Below, one piece after another: positions 56,401 through 63,654 of a stretch of DNA of 64,000 nucleotides. This DNA comes from an uncultured Chloroflexia bacterium (GTDB lineage Bacteria; Chloroflexota; Limnocylindria; Limnocylindrales; CSP1-4). The notes beneath the pieces are model-generated. The model was given only the letters and a program-made list of their open reading frames with translations. It searched no databases and was not told the origin of the DNA. The translations under genes were made by a program, and so were the position numbers. Location: assembly GCA_963699965.1 (NCBI GenBank), contig CAVOVX010000007.1, positions 142,885 through 206,884 on the forward strand. The letters run 5' to 3'. Numbering within the stretch: the first letter of the stretch is position 1; each line of letters begins with the position of its first letter.

Positions 56401-57100
56401 CGACCGGCTCCGTCCGTCCCTTGACCGTGATCTCAACGGGCTCGGCGTAGCGGAACATCGATCGCGTCGCCTGGAACGTCCGGTCTCCGACGATGACCTG
56501 GCCCGGTGTGGCGGCCGCCTGGAGACGCGCAGCGACGTTGACGGCATCACCGGTGACCATCGGCCGGTCTGGCCTGACGTTGGTCGGGGTGATGACGTCA
56601 CCGGTGTTCACGCCGACCCGGATCCGCAGCTCGACGTCCGTCCGGGCGGCGAGGTCGGCCGCGAGATCGCCCACCCGCTCGACGATCTCGATGGCTGCGC
56701 TCACGGCCCGGGCCGGATCGTTTTCCCGGATCCGCGGGACGCCGAAGACCGCGACCACCGCGTCGCCGATGTACTTCTCGACCATGCCGCCCCAGGCCTG
56801 GACGGTCGATGCTGTCGTGGAGAAGTACGACTGCAGGATCGCCCGGACACGCTCCGGATCGCGGCCCTCGGCGAGCGCGGTGGACTCCACGAGGTCCACG
56901 AACACGACGGTCGCGACCTTGCGCTCCTCCGCGGCGTCCTCCGCGGTGAGTGGCAGCCCGCAGGTCGGGCAGAACCGCGCGTCGGCCGGGACCGGGGTCG
57001 AGCACCGCGGACAGGCCGCCGGAAGCGCAGTCCCGCAACTGGCACAGAAGATCGCACCGGCGGGACTATCGGCCCCGCAGGACGGGCATTGCCGACTCAC
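53486..57100 (-). CDS. giant signalling protein: double zinc ribbon, class III nucleotide cyclase domain, STAND/AAA_16-type P-loop ATPase, long helical (TPR-like) repeat region; no recognisable HTH
   Basis: Intact 1204 aa, GTG start. Zinc ribbons: CPSCGADSPAGAIFCASCG and CPRCSTPVPADARFCPTCG. Cyclase: ATVVFVDLVESTALAE, KYIGDAVVAVFG, GDAVNVAARLQ. ATPase: VGREHELAVLSNLLDEA..RLALVYGPAGIGKSRLV (Walker A), VVVLEDMHWASDLL (Walker B). About 600 aa of alpha-helical repeats follow. Confidence 0.85.
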   Translation of the reverse strand: MSRQCPSCGADSPAGAIFCASCGTALPAACPRCSTPVPADARFCPTCGLPLTAEDAAEERKVATVVFVDLVESTALAEGRDPERVRAILQSYFSTTASTVQAWGGMVEKYIGDAVVAVFGVPRIRENDPARAVSAAIEIVERVGDLAADLAARTDVELRIRVGVNTGDVITPTNVRPDRPMVTGDAVNVAARLQAAATPGQVIVGDRTFQATRSMFRYAEPVEITVKGRTEPVVAHRLVARISGALEEGPARNLQARVVGREHELAVLSNLLDEAIESRSPRLALVYGPAGIGKSRLVREAVALASSERPDLVALRGRSPAVDKGITYWPLAEVVRSACGIALDDETLVAASKLRERAGALLASAGVAEADAEATIFALATTAGIALPDNPLDRARPLAVSSDLGRRWPMFVSALASRGPTVVVLEDMHWASDLLREMVERILARSTGALLLVATARPEFAETHASFAAGRPDVAALSLRPLDRRQSSGLLDGLLPGRDLPPAVEDEILATAEGNPLFIEEIVTRLVEMGSLVREDGRWLSRGGTASPVIPDTIHGLLAARIDGLPEPERRVLREAAVVGRIFWDQPVALAVGSADIDDRLSELERRGLVALRPSSTLSGQVEYSFKHSLIRDVAYAGLSIARRATAHAAVAGWLGTLSPEGSEELAELIAFHYEQALGDGADLAWPAGSTELAELRRRAMAAFLVGGATARKRYALDRAVGLHERAIELALTTEERAVALEELGDDHDAGYDGHLARAAWDPAMALRRELPGSGSDVARLAMKVARMAAIMWGSFATPMEPETIDSYVRTGLEGGPDRDTRAWLDLLKAAAGVRWMAFHRTDPIPYRERADALEAARAYAERTGNTILESNVLHIRRALLIVNGDVDGSVAATRRQLVVSDICDDPRERHLGLVEAGNTLTWVAGEAEAMIEPMSRALRIGRELRPHDVNHSTMTLMAALFLAGRWAEIPGLIDEHLAAFEAQSDSSCPFAMGGFPLGAVVLADRGDLDRARTVAGLMPDGEGPVGMVEALQAMASLAFGDAASARAMAQRALDSGTRNFAEEPAIELAVMLDALVALEDWDAIRAFLPEVRARAGLLALAAPTADRAEARALAAAGSTDEALRLFERASVTFDRLAPFEAARTREMQAALGGRAQGELVLQALATYELLGAEPHASRARATLGELESGPSGSRVMSGDQPPR

Positions 57101-57150
57101 GCTCGGAGTCTACTCGGGCGTCATCGACCTACCGCCTCGGCAGTCCTCCG

Positions 57151-58107
57151 TCAGCCAGCGTCGACGAGCGGCTTGACCTCGCCGATGAACCGCTCGAACG
57201 TCTCGACGTCGTACGGGGCCGGCTGCTCCGAGATGACCGTCCGGAAACCGAGCGCGACGTACGGCCGCAGCCGATCTGCGATCTCTTCCGAGCTGCCGTT
57301 CCAGAACGTGTCGTCGTCCTCGAGATCCGACAGCGGCGTGCGGTTGTGGGCCATCGCCTCGTGCCAGACGCGCTCCGCCTCGGCCTTGCTGTCGCGGATC
57401 GTGAGCTTCACGCCGAGCGTGAACTCGATCTCGGCGATGTCACGCCCGACCGCGGCGCAGTGCTCGTGGAGGACATCCACCTTGTGACTCATGAGCTCGA
57501 GCGAACCCATCGCGTTCCACATGTCGGCGTGGCGAGCCACGGTCCGCAGCGTCTTCTTCTCGCCGCTCCCGCCGATCATGATCGGGAGACGGCGCTGGAC
57601 CGGGAGCGGGCTGTGGCGCAGGTCGTCGAAGGCGTAGCGCCCGCCGGGCGGCGAGCTGACGGACTTGCCGGCGAGGACGTCCTCGATCGCCGCGACCGAC
57701 TCCTCGAGCCAGTCGAGCCGCTGGCCGAAGCCAGACCCGAAGTCGATCCCGTGCGCCTGGTGCTCGAGCTCCATCCAGGCGCCGCCGATGCCGAGGATCG
57801 AGCGGCCGCCGCTGATCTGGTCGAGGGTCGCGGCGGTCTTGGCCACGAGCCCCGGGTTGCGGAACGTATTGGCGCCCACGAGCAGGCCCAGCCGGGTCCG
57901 CTCGGTGGCCATCGCCCATGCCGCGAGCGTGGTCCAGCCCTCAACGATCGGCTGGTACGGATCACCGAAGATCGCATAAAGGTGGTCCCAGGTCCAGAGG
58001 TGGTCGTAGCCCAGCCGGTCGACTCGCCTGGCTGCGTCGAGCAGCTCCGGCCAGCCAGCCGCCTGGCTCCAGAGGAGGATTCCGAGCTTGAGGTCGCGGT
58101 CGGGCAC
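57151..58107 (-). CDS. LLM-class (luciferase-like) F420-dependent oxidoreductase
   Basis: GTG at 58107 after GAAGGAGA. 318 aa: LKLGILLWSQAAGWPELLDAARRVDRLGYDHLWTWDHL, EGWTTLAAWAMATERTRLGLLVGANTFRNPGLVAK, LDQISGGRSILGIGGAW, PIMIGGSGEKKTLRTVARHADMWN. Confidence 0.85.
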   Translation of the reverse strand: MPDRDLKLGILLWSQAAGWPELLDAARRVDRLGYDHLWTWDHLYAIFGDPYQPIVEGWTTLAAWAMATERTRLGLLVGANTFRNPGLVAKTAATLDQISGGRSILGIGGAWMELEHQAHGIDFGSGFGQRLDWLEESVAAIEDVLAGKSVSSPPGGRYAFDDLRHSPLPVQRRLPIMIGGSGEKKTLRTVARHADMWNAMGSLELMSHKVDVLHEHCAAVGRDIAEIEFTLGVKLTIRDSKAEAERVWHEAMAHNRTPLSDLEDDDTFWNGSSEEIADRLRPYVALGFRTVISEQPAPYDVETFERFIGEVKPLVDAG

Positions 58108-58292
58108 GGCGTCTCCTTCGAAGTTGGATGGCGATCTGGCGGGCAGGTCCAACGGTACGCCACCGTGGGCACGAGGCGCAGCACGGATCGGCGTCCGCTC
58201 GCCTTCACGGCCGGACGACCGTCGAGTACATTTCGGCGACCGGGCGTGCCCGATGCCCACACGACCGGAGGCCGCGGAAGCGGGGTACGTCA

Positions 58293-61200
58293 ATGGTCTG
58301 CGCGACGTGCGGGTCTTCGAACGACGCGGTTCGCCGGTTCTGCATCGAATGCGGCTCGCGGCTGGCGGCCGGCTGTCCGTCATGCGGCGCGAACAATCCG
58401 GCCGGGGCGAAGTTCTGCGGCGATTGCGGGACCGCCCTCGGGGAAGCCCCGTCCGGAGCACCCGACGGCGTCGAGCCGATCGCCGAGGGACCCGACCGCA
58501 CCGGCAGCGCCGAGCGACAAATCGTGTCGGTCATGTTCGCCGACCTGGTCGGCTTTACCGCTGCGAGCGAGCATCGCGACCAGGAGGACACGCGCGACCT
58601 CCAAGACCGGTACTTCGCGATCTCTCGGCGGATCGTCGAGCGCTACGGCGGCACGCTCGAGAAGTACATCGGCGACGCGGTCATGGCGGTCTGGGGCGCG
58701 CCCAGAGCCCACGAAGACGACGCCGAGCGAGCCGTCCGGGCCGCTCTGGACCTGGTCGAAGCGGTCGGCCGATTGGCGACCGACGACGACCTGCCGCTCC
58801 AGGCTCGGGCAGCCGTGATGACCGGTGAGGCCGCGGTCGCCACCGGGGCGGCCGGCCAGGGGTTGGTCACCGGCGATCTCGTCAACACGGCCGCGCGTCT
58901 TCAGTCGGCCGCCGACCCGGGCGGCGTCCTGGTCGGCGAGGCAACGCAGCGCGCCGCGGGCGCGGCGATCGCCTTCGCGCGGGACGACGACCACGTGCTG
59001 AAGGGCAAGGACCGTCCGGTCGCCGCCTGGCGGGCAGTTCGGGTCGTGGCTCGCCCCGGCGGAGCCGGTCGGGAGACCGGCCTCGAGGCGCCGTTCGTCG
59101 GGCGCGAGCGGGAGCTTCGGCTGCTCAAGGAGCTCTATGACGCGACGGCCGCGGACGGTCGGATCCAGCTCGTGTCGATCGTGGGTCATGCCGGTATCGG
59201 CAAGAGTCGTCTCGCCTGGGAGCTCGAGAAGTCGGTGACCGGCCTGGCGGAGCCGGCGATCTGGTTGCAGGGACGGTCTCCGGCGTATGGCGATGGGGTC
59301 ACCCTCTGGGCGCTCGCCGAGATGTTCCGGCAGGCGGCCGGGATCGCCGAGTCCGACGACGTCGCCACGAGCGAGCGACGGTTGTCCGAGGCCCAGGACC
59401 GCCTCGACCTGAGCGACGACGAACGGGCATGGGTCGGACTCCTGCTCGGTCATGACGCCGGGGCCGGTGGCGAGCGAGAGGAGCTCTTGGCGGCCTGGCG
59501 GCAGGCATTCGAGCGGATCTCGCGGGTCGCCCCGCTCGTGCTCGTGTTCGAGGACCTCCAGTGGGCGGACGACGGTCTTGTCGACTTCGTCGAGGAGCTC
59601 CACGATCGGTCGCGCGACTCCCGGATCCTGATCATGACCCTCAGCCGGCCCGAGCTGCGCGAACGGCGACCGGGCTGGGGCGCCGGGCGGCGGAACTTCG
59701 TCTCGATCGACCTCGAGCCACTCCCCGACGACGCGATGGTCGCCCTCCTCGAGGGCCTCGTGCCTGGACTCCCGCGGTCGGCGGTCAGCGCGATCGTCGA
59801 GCGTGCGGCCGGCGTGCCCCTGTACGCCGTCGAGACGGTCCGGATGCTCATCGGCCAGGGCCGGCTCGTTGCCGACGACGGCCGGTTCACGGTCAGCGGG
59901 AGACTTGACCGCCTGGAGGTCCCCGAGACGCTCCACGGCCTGATCTCGACCCGTCTCGATGGCCTGCCCGAGCGGGATCGCGAGCTGGTCGGCGACGCCT
60001 CCGTCCTGGGCCTGGCGGTCCAGGTCGACGCATTGGCCGCGCTGGCTGGCGTGCCGGCCGCGGAGCTGACCGGGCGGCTGCGGTCGCTGGTCGACCACGA
60101 GATCCTGCGTCTCGAGTCGGATCCGGTGTCGCCCGAGCGCGGGCAGTATCGGTTCCTTCAGGCGCCCGTTCGGGAGGTGGCCTACGCGACGCTCTCGAAG
60201 CGCGACCGGCGAGCGAAGCACCTCGCCGCCGCGGCGTTCTACGCGGCGCGACCCAGCGACGAGACGGCCGTGGTCCGTGCCACCCACGAGCTCGAGGCCC
60301 TGCGCGCCACCTCGCCCGGACCCGAGGCGGATACGCTCGCGGTCCAGGCCCGGACCAGCCTGCGGGCCGCCGCTGAGCGGGCCGCGTCACTCTGGTCGAA
60401 CACCCAGGCCGCGGATCTGTACGAGTCGGCGATCGCGATCACCTCCGACCCGGCGGAGCTCGCCTGGTCGCGATTGCGTTGTGGTGAGCTGGCCGTCCTC
60501 GGGGCTCGCTACGAGCAGGCCGACTCGCGCCTCCGGGAAGCGATCGAGGAGGGCCATCGCCTTGGCGATCAGACCGTCGTCGGGCGCGCGACGCTGAGCC
60601 TGGGTCGTGCGTTCATACGACGGTCGATGATCTCTGAGGCGATCGCGACCCTGCGGCCGGTGGTCGACGCGAGCCCAGACCTGGCCGCGGATGAACTCGG
60701 TGCTGAGTGCGCCGCCGAGCTCGCACTGGCCTACCTTCTCCTGCCGGACCTCTCGAGCGCGGCACCGCTCATTGACCCGGCCTTCGCGGCCGCCCAGCGA
60801 TTTGATCGACGCGACCTGATGGTGTCGCTCCTGGTCTCGCGAGCCTGGCTCGTCGAGGACCTCGGGCTCAGGCCGTGGGAGGCGCACGCGATCCTGCGCG
60901 GGGCGCTCGCTCTCGCCGAATCCTGGGATCTGCCGACGCGCGCGCTCGAGATCCGGACCAACCTCATGGCGTTTCTGGACCTCGTCGACCCGCAAGATAG
61001 CCTGACGATCGGACGAGCCGGTCTCGACGAGCTGACCCGTCTGGGCGTGGATCCGAGCTATTTCCTCGGTAATCTCAACGATGCGGCGTTTCTGACCGGC
61101 GAATGGGATCTGGCCCTCGAGCTCGCAGGGAGGTTCGAGCGGGACGACGAGACGCCAACTACAAGGCTGAATCGGGTCTTCGCGCGTTGCATGATCGCCG

Positions 61201-61811
61201 CGGCCCGCGGCGACATCGAGACGGTGCGGCCGGTGCTCGCGGAGTTCCAGCGGGCCTTCCAGGGATCCACGAACGCTCAGGACAAGGCCGGCCTGGAGAT
61301 GAGCACGGCCTACATCGAGCTCATGGTCGGGGATTTCGCCGGCGCCCGCCGCCACGCTCTGGCGGCCTACGAAGCGATGCCGGTCGCCTTCCTCTGGTGG
61401 ACGATGATCCTCGCGGGGGAAGCCGCGCTCGCGCTCGGCGACGTCGACGGAGTCCGCTCTGTCCTCGGGATCATGGCCGGACGCCAGGTCCACGGGCCTC
61501 GCATCGATGCGGTCCGCGACGTGCTACGGGCCGGCATCGACGCGATCGAGGGCCGTACCGACGAGGCGCGTGCGGGCTTCGATGCCGCGATCGGATCGTT
61601 CCGAGACCTCCGTTTGCCGATCGATCTGGCGTTCGCGCTGATGCACCGTGCCGTACTGACGTACGGGCTCGAAGGTGCCTCCGACGCCGCCGACGAGGCG
61701 CGCTCCGTGCTCGGCGCGCTTGGAGCGACCGCCACGCTCGCCGCGTTCGAGGAGCGTCTTGCTGCCCGCCACGCGCCGCCTGACGCCGTGACCGCCGTCC
61801 CGAGCGGCTGA
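58293..61811 (+). CDS. second giant zinc-ribbon/class III cyclase/STAND ATPase/helical-repeat protein (paralog of 53486..57100)
   Basis: ATG at 58293, intact 1172 aa. Zinc ribbons: CATCGSSNDAVRRFCIECG and CPSCGANNPAGAKFCGDCG. Cyclase: VSVMFADLVGFTAASE, KYIGDAVMAVWG, GDLVNTAARLQ. ATPase: VGRERELRLLKELYDAT..LVSIVGHAGIGKSRLA (Walker A), LVLVFEDLQWADDGLV (Walker B). Helical repeats run to the C-terminus. Confidence 0.85.
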   Translation: MVCATCGSSNDAVRRFCIECGSRLAAGCPSCGANNPAGAKFCGDCGTALGEAPSGAPDGVEPIAEGPDRTGSAERQIVSVMFADLVGFTAASEHRDQEDTRDLQDRYFAISRRIVERYGGTLEKYIGDAVMAVWGAPRAHEDDAERAVRAALDLVEAVGRLATDDDLPLQARAAVMTGEAAVATGAAGQGLVTGDLVNTAARLQSAADPGGVLVGEATQRAAGAAIAFARDDDHVLKGKDRPVAAWRAVRVVARPGGAGRETGLEAPFVGRERELRLLKELYDATAADGRIQLVSIVGHAGIGKSRLAWELEKSVTGLAEPAIWLQGRSPAYGDGVTLWALAEMFRQAAGIAESDDVATSERRLSEAQDRLDLSDDERAWVGLLLGHDAGAGGEREELLAAWRQAFERISRVAPLVLVFEDLQWADDGLVDFVEELHDRSRDSRILIMTLSRPELRERRPGWGAGRRNFVSIDLEPLPDDAMVALLEGLVPGLPRSAVSAIVERAAGVPLYAVETVRMLIGQGRLVADDGRFTVSGRLDRLEVPETLHGLISTRLDGLPERDRELVGDASVLGLAVQVDALAALAGVPAAELTGRLRSLVDHEILRLESDPVSPERGQYRFLQAPVREVAYATLSKRDRRAKHLAAAAFYAARPSDETAVVRATHELEALRATSPGPEADTLAVQARTSLRAAAERAASLWSNTQAADLYESAIAITSDPAELAWSRLRCGELAVLGARYEQADSRLREAIEEGHRLGDQTVVGRATLSLGRAFIRRSMISEAIATLRPVVDASPDLAADELGAECAAELALAYLLLPDLSSAAPLIDPAFAAAQRFDRRDLMVSLLVSRAWLVEDLGLRPWEAHAILRGALALAESWDLPTRALEIRTNLMAFLDLVDPQDSLTIGRAGLDELTRLGVDPSYFLGNLNDAAFLTGEWDLALELAGRFERDDETPTTRLNRVFARCMIAAARGDIETVRPVLAEFQRAFQGSTNAQDKAGLEMSTAYIELMVGDFAGARRHALAAYEAMPVAFLWWTMILAGEAALALGDVDGVRSVLGIMAGRQVHGPRIDAVRDVLRAGIDAIEGRTDEARAGFDAAIGSFRDLRLPIDLAFALMHRAVLTYGLEGASDAADEARSVLGALGATATLAAFEERLAARHAPPDAVTAVPSG

Positions 61812-61815
61812 CCTG

Positions 61816-62640
61816 TCAGCCGAGCGGCAGGGTCGCCAGGTCGCCCTCGATGAGCTCGCGGTCCTCGGCGTCGGCCACCTTGGCGAGGGCCGCCCGGGAG
61901 CGCGAGCGCCAGGCCTCGGCCTCGTCCGGATCGCCTGCGACGGCATGCGCCCGGGCGAGTGCCTCGTAGACGGACGGCAGGTCCCAGTCCTCGATGCCCT
62001 CGCCGCCGGCCTCGACGATGGCCAGCGCCCGTCGGGCGTGCCACAGGGCGGGCTCGCCCCGGCCGAGCACGGCGTAGACCCGCGAGCACAGCCACTCGCC
62101 CCGTGAACGATTGGCCGGCAGCCCGATCGCATCCCAGTGGAGGCGTGACGCGTGGGCGGCGTGGATCATCCGGTCGATGTCCTCGGCGCTCCGATCCTCC
62201 TGCTCGAGCAGGGTCCAGGTGTAGTTGAACAAGCCGGCGGCGAGCTGGCGCTGGGTGGTCGGGTCCAGCTCGGGTGGCATCGGCGGTCGGCTCATGAGGG
62301 GCTCCTTTCGGTCGATCAGGCCGCGAAGGTGATGGAGGACGTGCTGGCCGCGGGCGACCCGCGCCTCGATCCGGAGGCGGTGTCGGTCGAGCGTCGCCAG
62401 TCGGGCCAGCTCGTCCGGTGAGTCGAGCACGGACGCCATCTCGTCGAGCGGCAGCTCCAGCTCGCGCAGCCGGGCGATCGCGCGAGCGCGCTCGAGCTGG
62501 GCTCGCCGGTAGCGCCGGTAGCCGGTCCACCGATCGACCTCGGCCGGCATGAGCAGGCCGAGGTCGTCGTAGTGGCGGAGCGCCCCGATGCTCAGCCCGG
62601 ACAGCCGGGCGAACCGTCCGATCGACAGGATGTCGTCCAC
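61816..62640 (-). CDS. MerR-family regulator fused to a helical C-terminal domain of about 155 aa with unknown function
   Basis: HTH: LSIGRFARLSGLSIGALRHYDDLGLLMPAEVDRWTGYRRY. Coiled coil follows, then LFNYTWTLLEQEDRSAEDIDRMIHAAHASRLHWDAIG...WDLPSVYEALARAHAVAGDPDEAEAW. Confidence 0.8.
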   Translation of the reverse strand: MDDILSIGRFARLSGLSIGALRHYDDLGLLMPAEVDRWTGYRRYRRAQLERARAIARLRELELPLDEMASVLDSPDELARLATLDRHRLRIEARVARGQHVLHHLRGLIDRKEPLMSRPPMPPELDPTTQRQLAAGLFNYTWTLLEQEDRSAEDIDRMIHAAHASRLHWDAIGLPANRSRGEWLCSRVYAVLGRGEPALWHARRALAIVEAGGEGIEDWDLPSVYEALARAHAVAGDPDEAEAWRSRSRAALAKVADAEDRELIEGDLATLPLG

Positions 62641-62707
62641 GTAGGGGATGGTCGAGTCTCGGGTCGGTCGAGAGTCAAGACCCCGTCGCCGATCGGCCCC
62701 GCCGCGG

Positions 62708-62986
62708 TCAGGCGTTGTCGAGCTCTCGGGAGACGGCCCGGAGGATGAACCGGGCGGCCTCCGCGCTCTTCCCGCCGAGCTTCTGCCCGTCGTCCTGTTC
62801 GAGCGCCACCATCAGGTCGGCGAGCATCCCGTCGAGGGCGGGCGTGCGGACGAGGTCGCCGGCGGCGAACGCAAGGTCGAGCCGGTCGACTGCCCGGCGC
62901 GCGTTGTCGACCGCATGGCCCTTGTCGTCGATGATCGCCCGGACGTCCGCCCTCGCGGCGTCGGCCGCCGGCCCCGAGCTCGCCAT
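62708..62986 (-). CDS. small hypothetical helical protein
   Basis: 92-aa ORF starting 3 nt after the GNAT stop, with high third-position GC. No recognisable motif. Confidence 0.45.
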   Translation of the reverse strand: MASSGPAADAARADVRAIIDDKGHAVDNARRAVDRLDLAFAAGDLVRTPALDGMLADLMVALEQDDGQKLGGKSAEAARFILRAVSRELDNA

Positions 62987-62988
62987 CG

Positions 62989-63627
62989 TCAGGCTCCCTG
63001 CTCGACCCGCACGACCGACGACTCGTCGATGGCTGCGAGCAGCGCGCCGACCGGTCCAGCGTCGTCCCGGTGGCGGGCCGTCCAGTCGCCGTCGAGCATG
63101 CTCATCTGGAGCTCGTCCCAGTAGCGCCCGTCGCGCCAGATCGACTGGCGGGCGCGGCCCTCGACGACGAAGCCCGCCTTGCGATAGGCCCGGATCGCGC
63201 GTTCGTTGAACGCGAAGACGGACAGCGCCACCCGGTGGAGTCCGAGTCGCTCGAAGGCGTGCTCGAGCATCAGCTCGGTCGCCTCGCTGCCGTAGCCCAG
63301 CCCCCAGGCGTCCTTCTCGCCGATCGTGATGTGGTAGAGGGCCGAGCCGTTGTCGGCGTCGAGCTGGCTGAACGCGCAGGTCCCGATCAGCCGGTCGCCG
63401 TCACGCAGGTGGATGGCCAGCGCCAGCGAATCCGGACCGACGACGCGGGCGTGGAAGAACCGATCGATCTCGGCGGTCGGCATCGGCCCTTCCTGGTAGC
63501 GGGTGAGCCGGGCGACCTCGGGGTCGGAGTACCAGCGCCGGAACGCGGTGAGGTTGTCCGGGGCATGCCGCCGCAGGACGATCCGCTCGCCCGCGATCGA
63601 CTCTGGAAACCAGCCGGAATGGAGCAT
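62989..63627 (-). CDS. GNAT-family N-acetyltransferase (RimJ/RimL-like)
   Basis: ATG at 63627. 212 aa: ERIVLRRHAPDNLTAFRRWYSDPEV, LALAIHLRDGDRLIGTCAF, ITIGEKDAWGLGYGSEATELMLEHAFERLGLHRVALSVFAFNERAIRAYRKAGF. Confidence 0.85.
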   Translation of the reverse strand: MLHSGWFPESIAGERIVLRRHAPDNLTAFRRWYSDPEVARLTRYQEGPMPTAEIDRFFHARVVGPDSLALAIHLRDGDRLIGTCAFSQLDADNGSALYHITIGEKDAWGLGYGSEATELMLEHAFERLGLHRVALSVFAFNERAIRAYRKAGFVVEGRARQSIWRDGRYWDELQMSMLDGDWTARHRDDAGPVGALLAAIDESSVVRVEQGA

Positions 63628-63654
63628 GGGCGACGAAGGTATACCATCCCCGCC

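Noticed and set aside
53486-61811. Assigning the cyclase-STAND genes to a known cyclic-nucleotide anti-phage system (Pycsar or CBASS type).
   Set aside because: No adjacent effector with a cNMP-binding, TIR, patatin, endonuclease or pore-forming TM domain is present. The neighbours are an LLM oxidoreductase, an ABC transporter and a MerR regulator. The cyclase is a conventional class III domain. An immune role remains only an architecture-based hypothesis.
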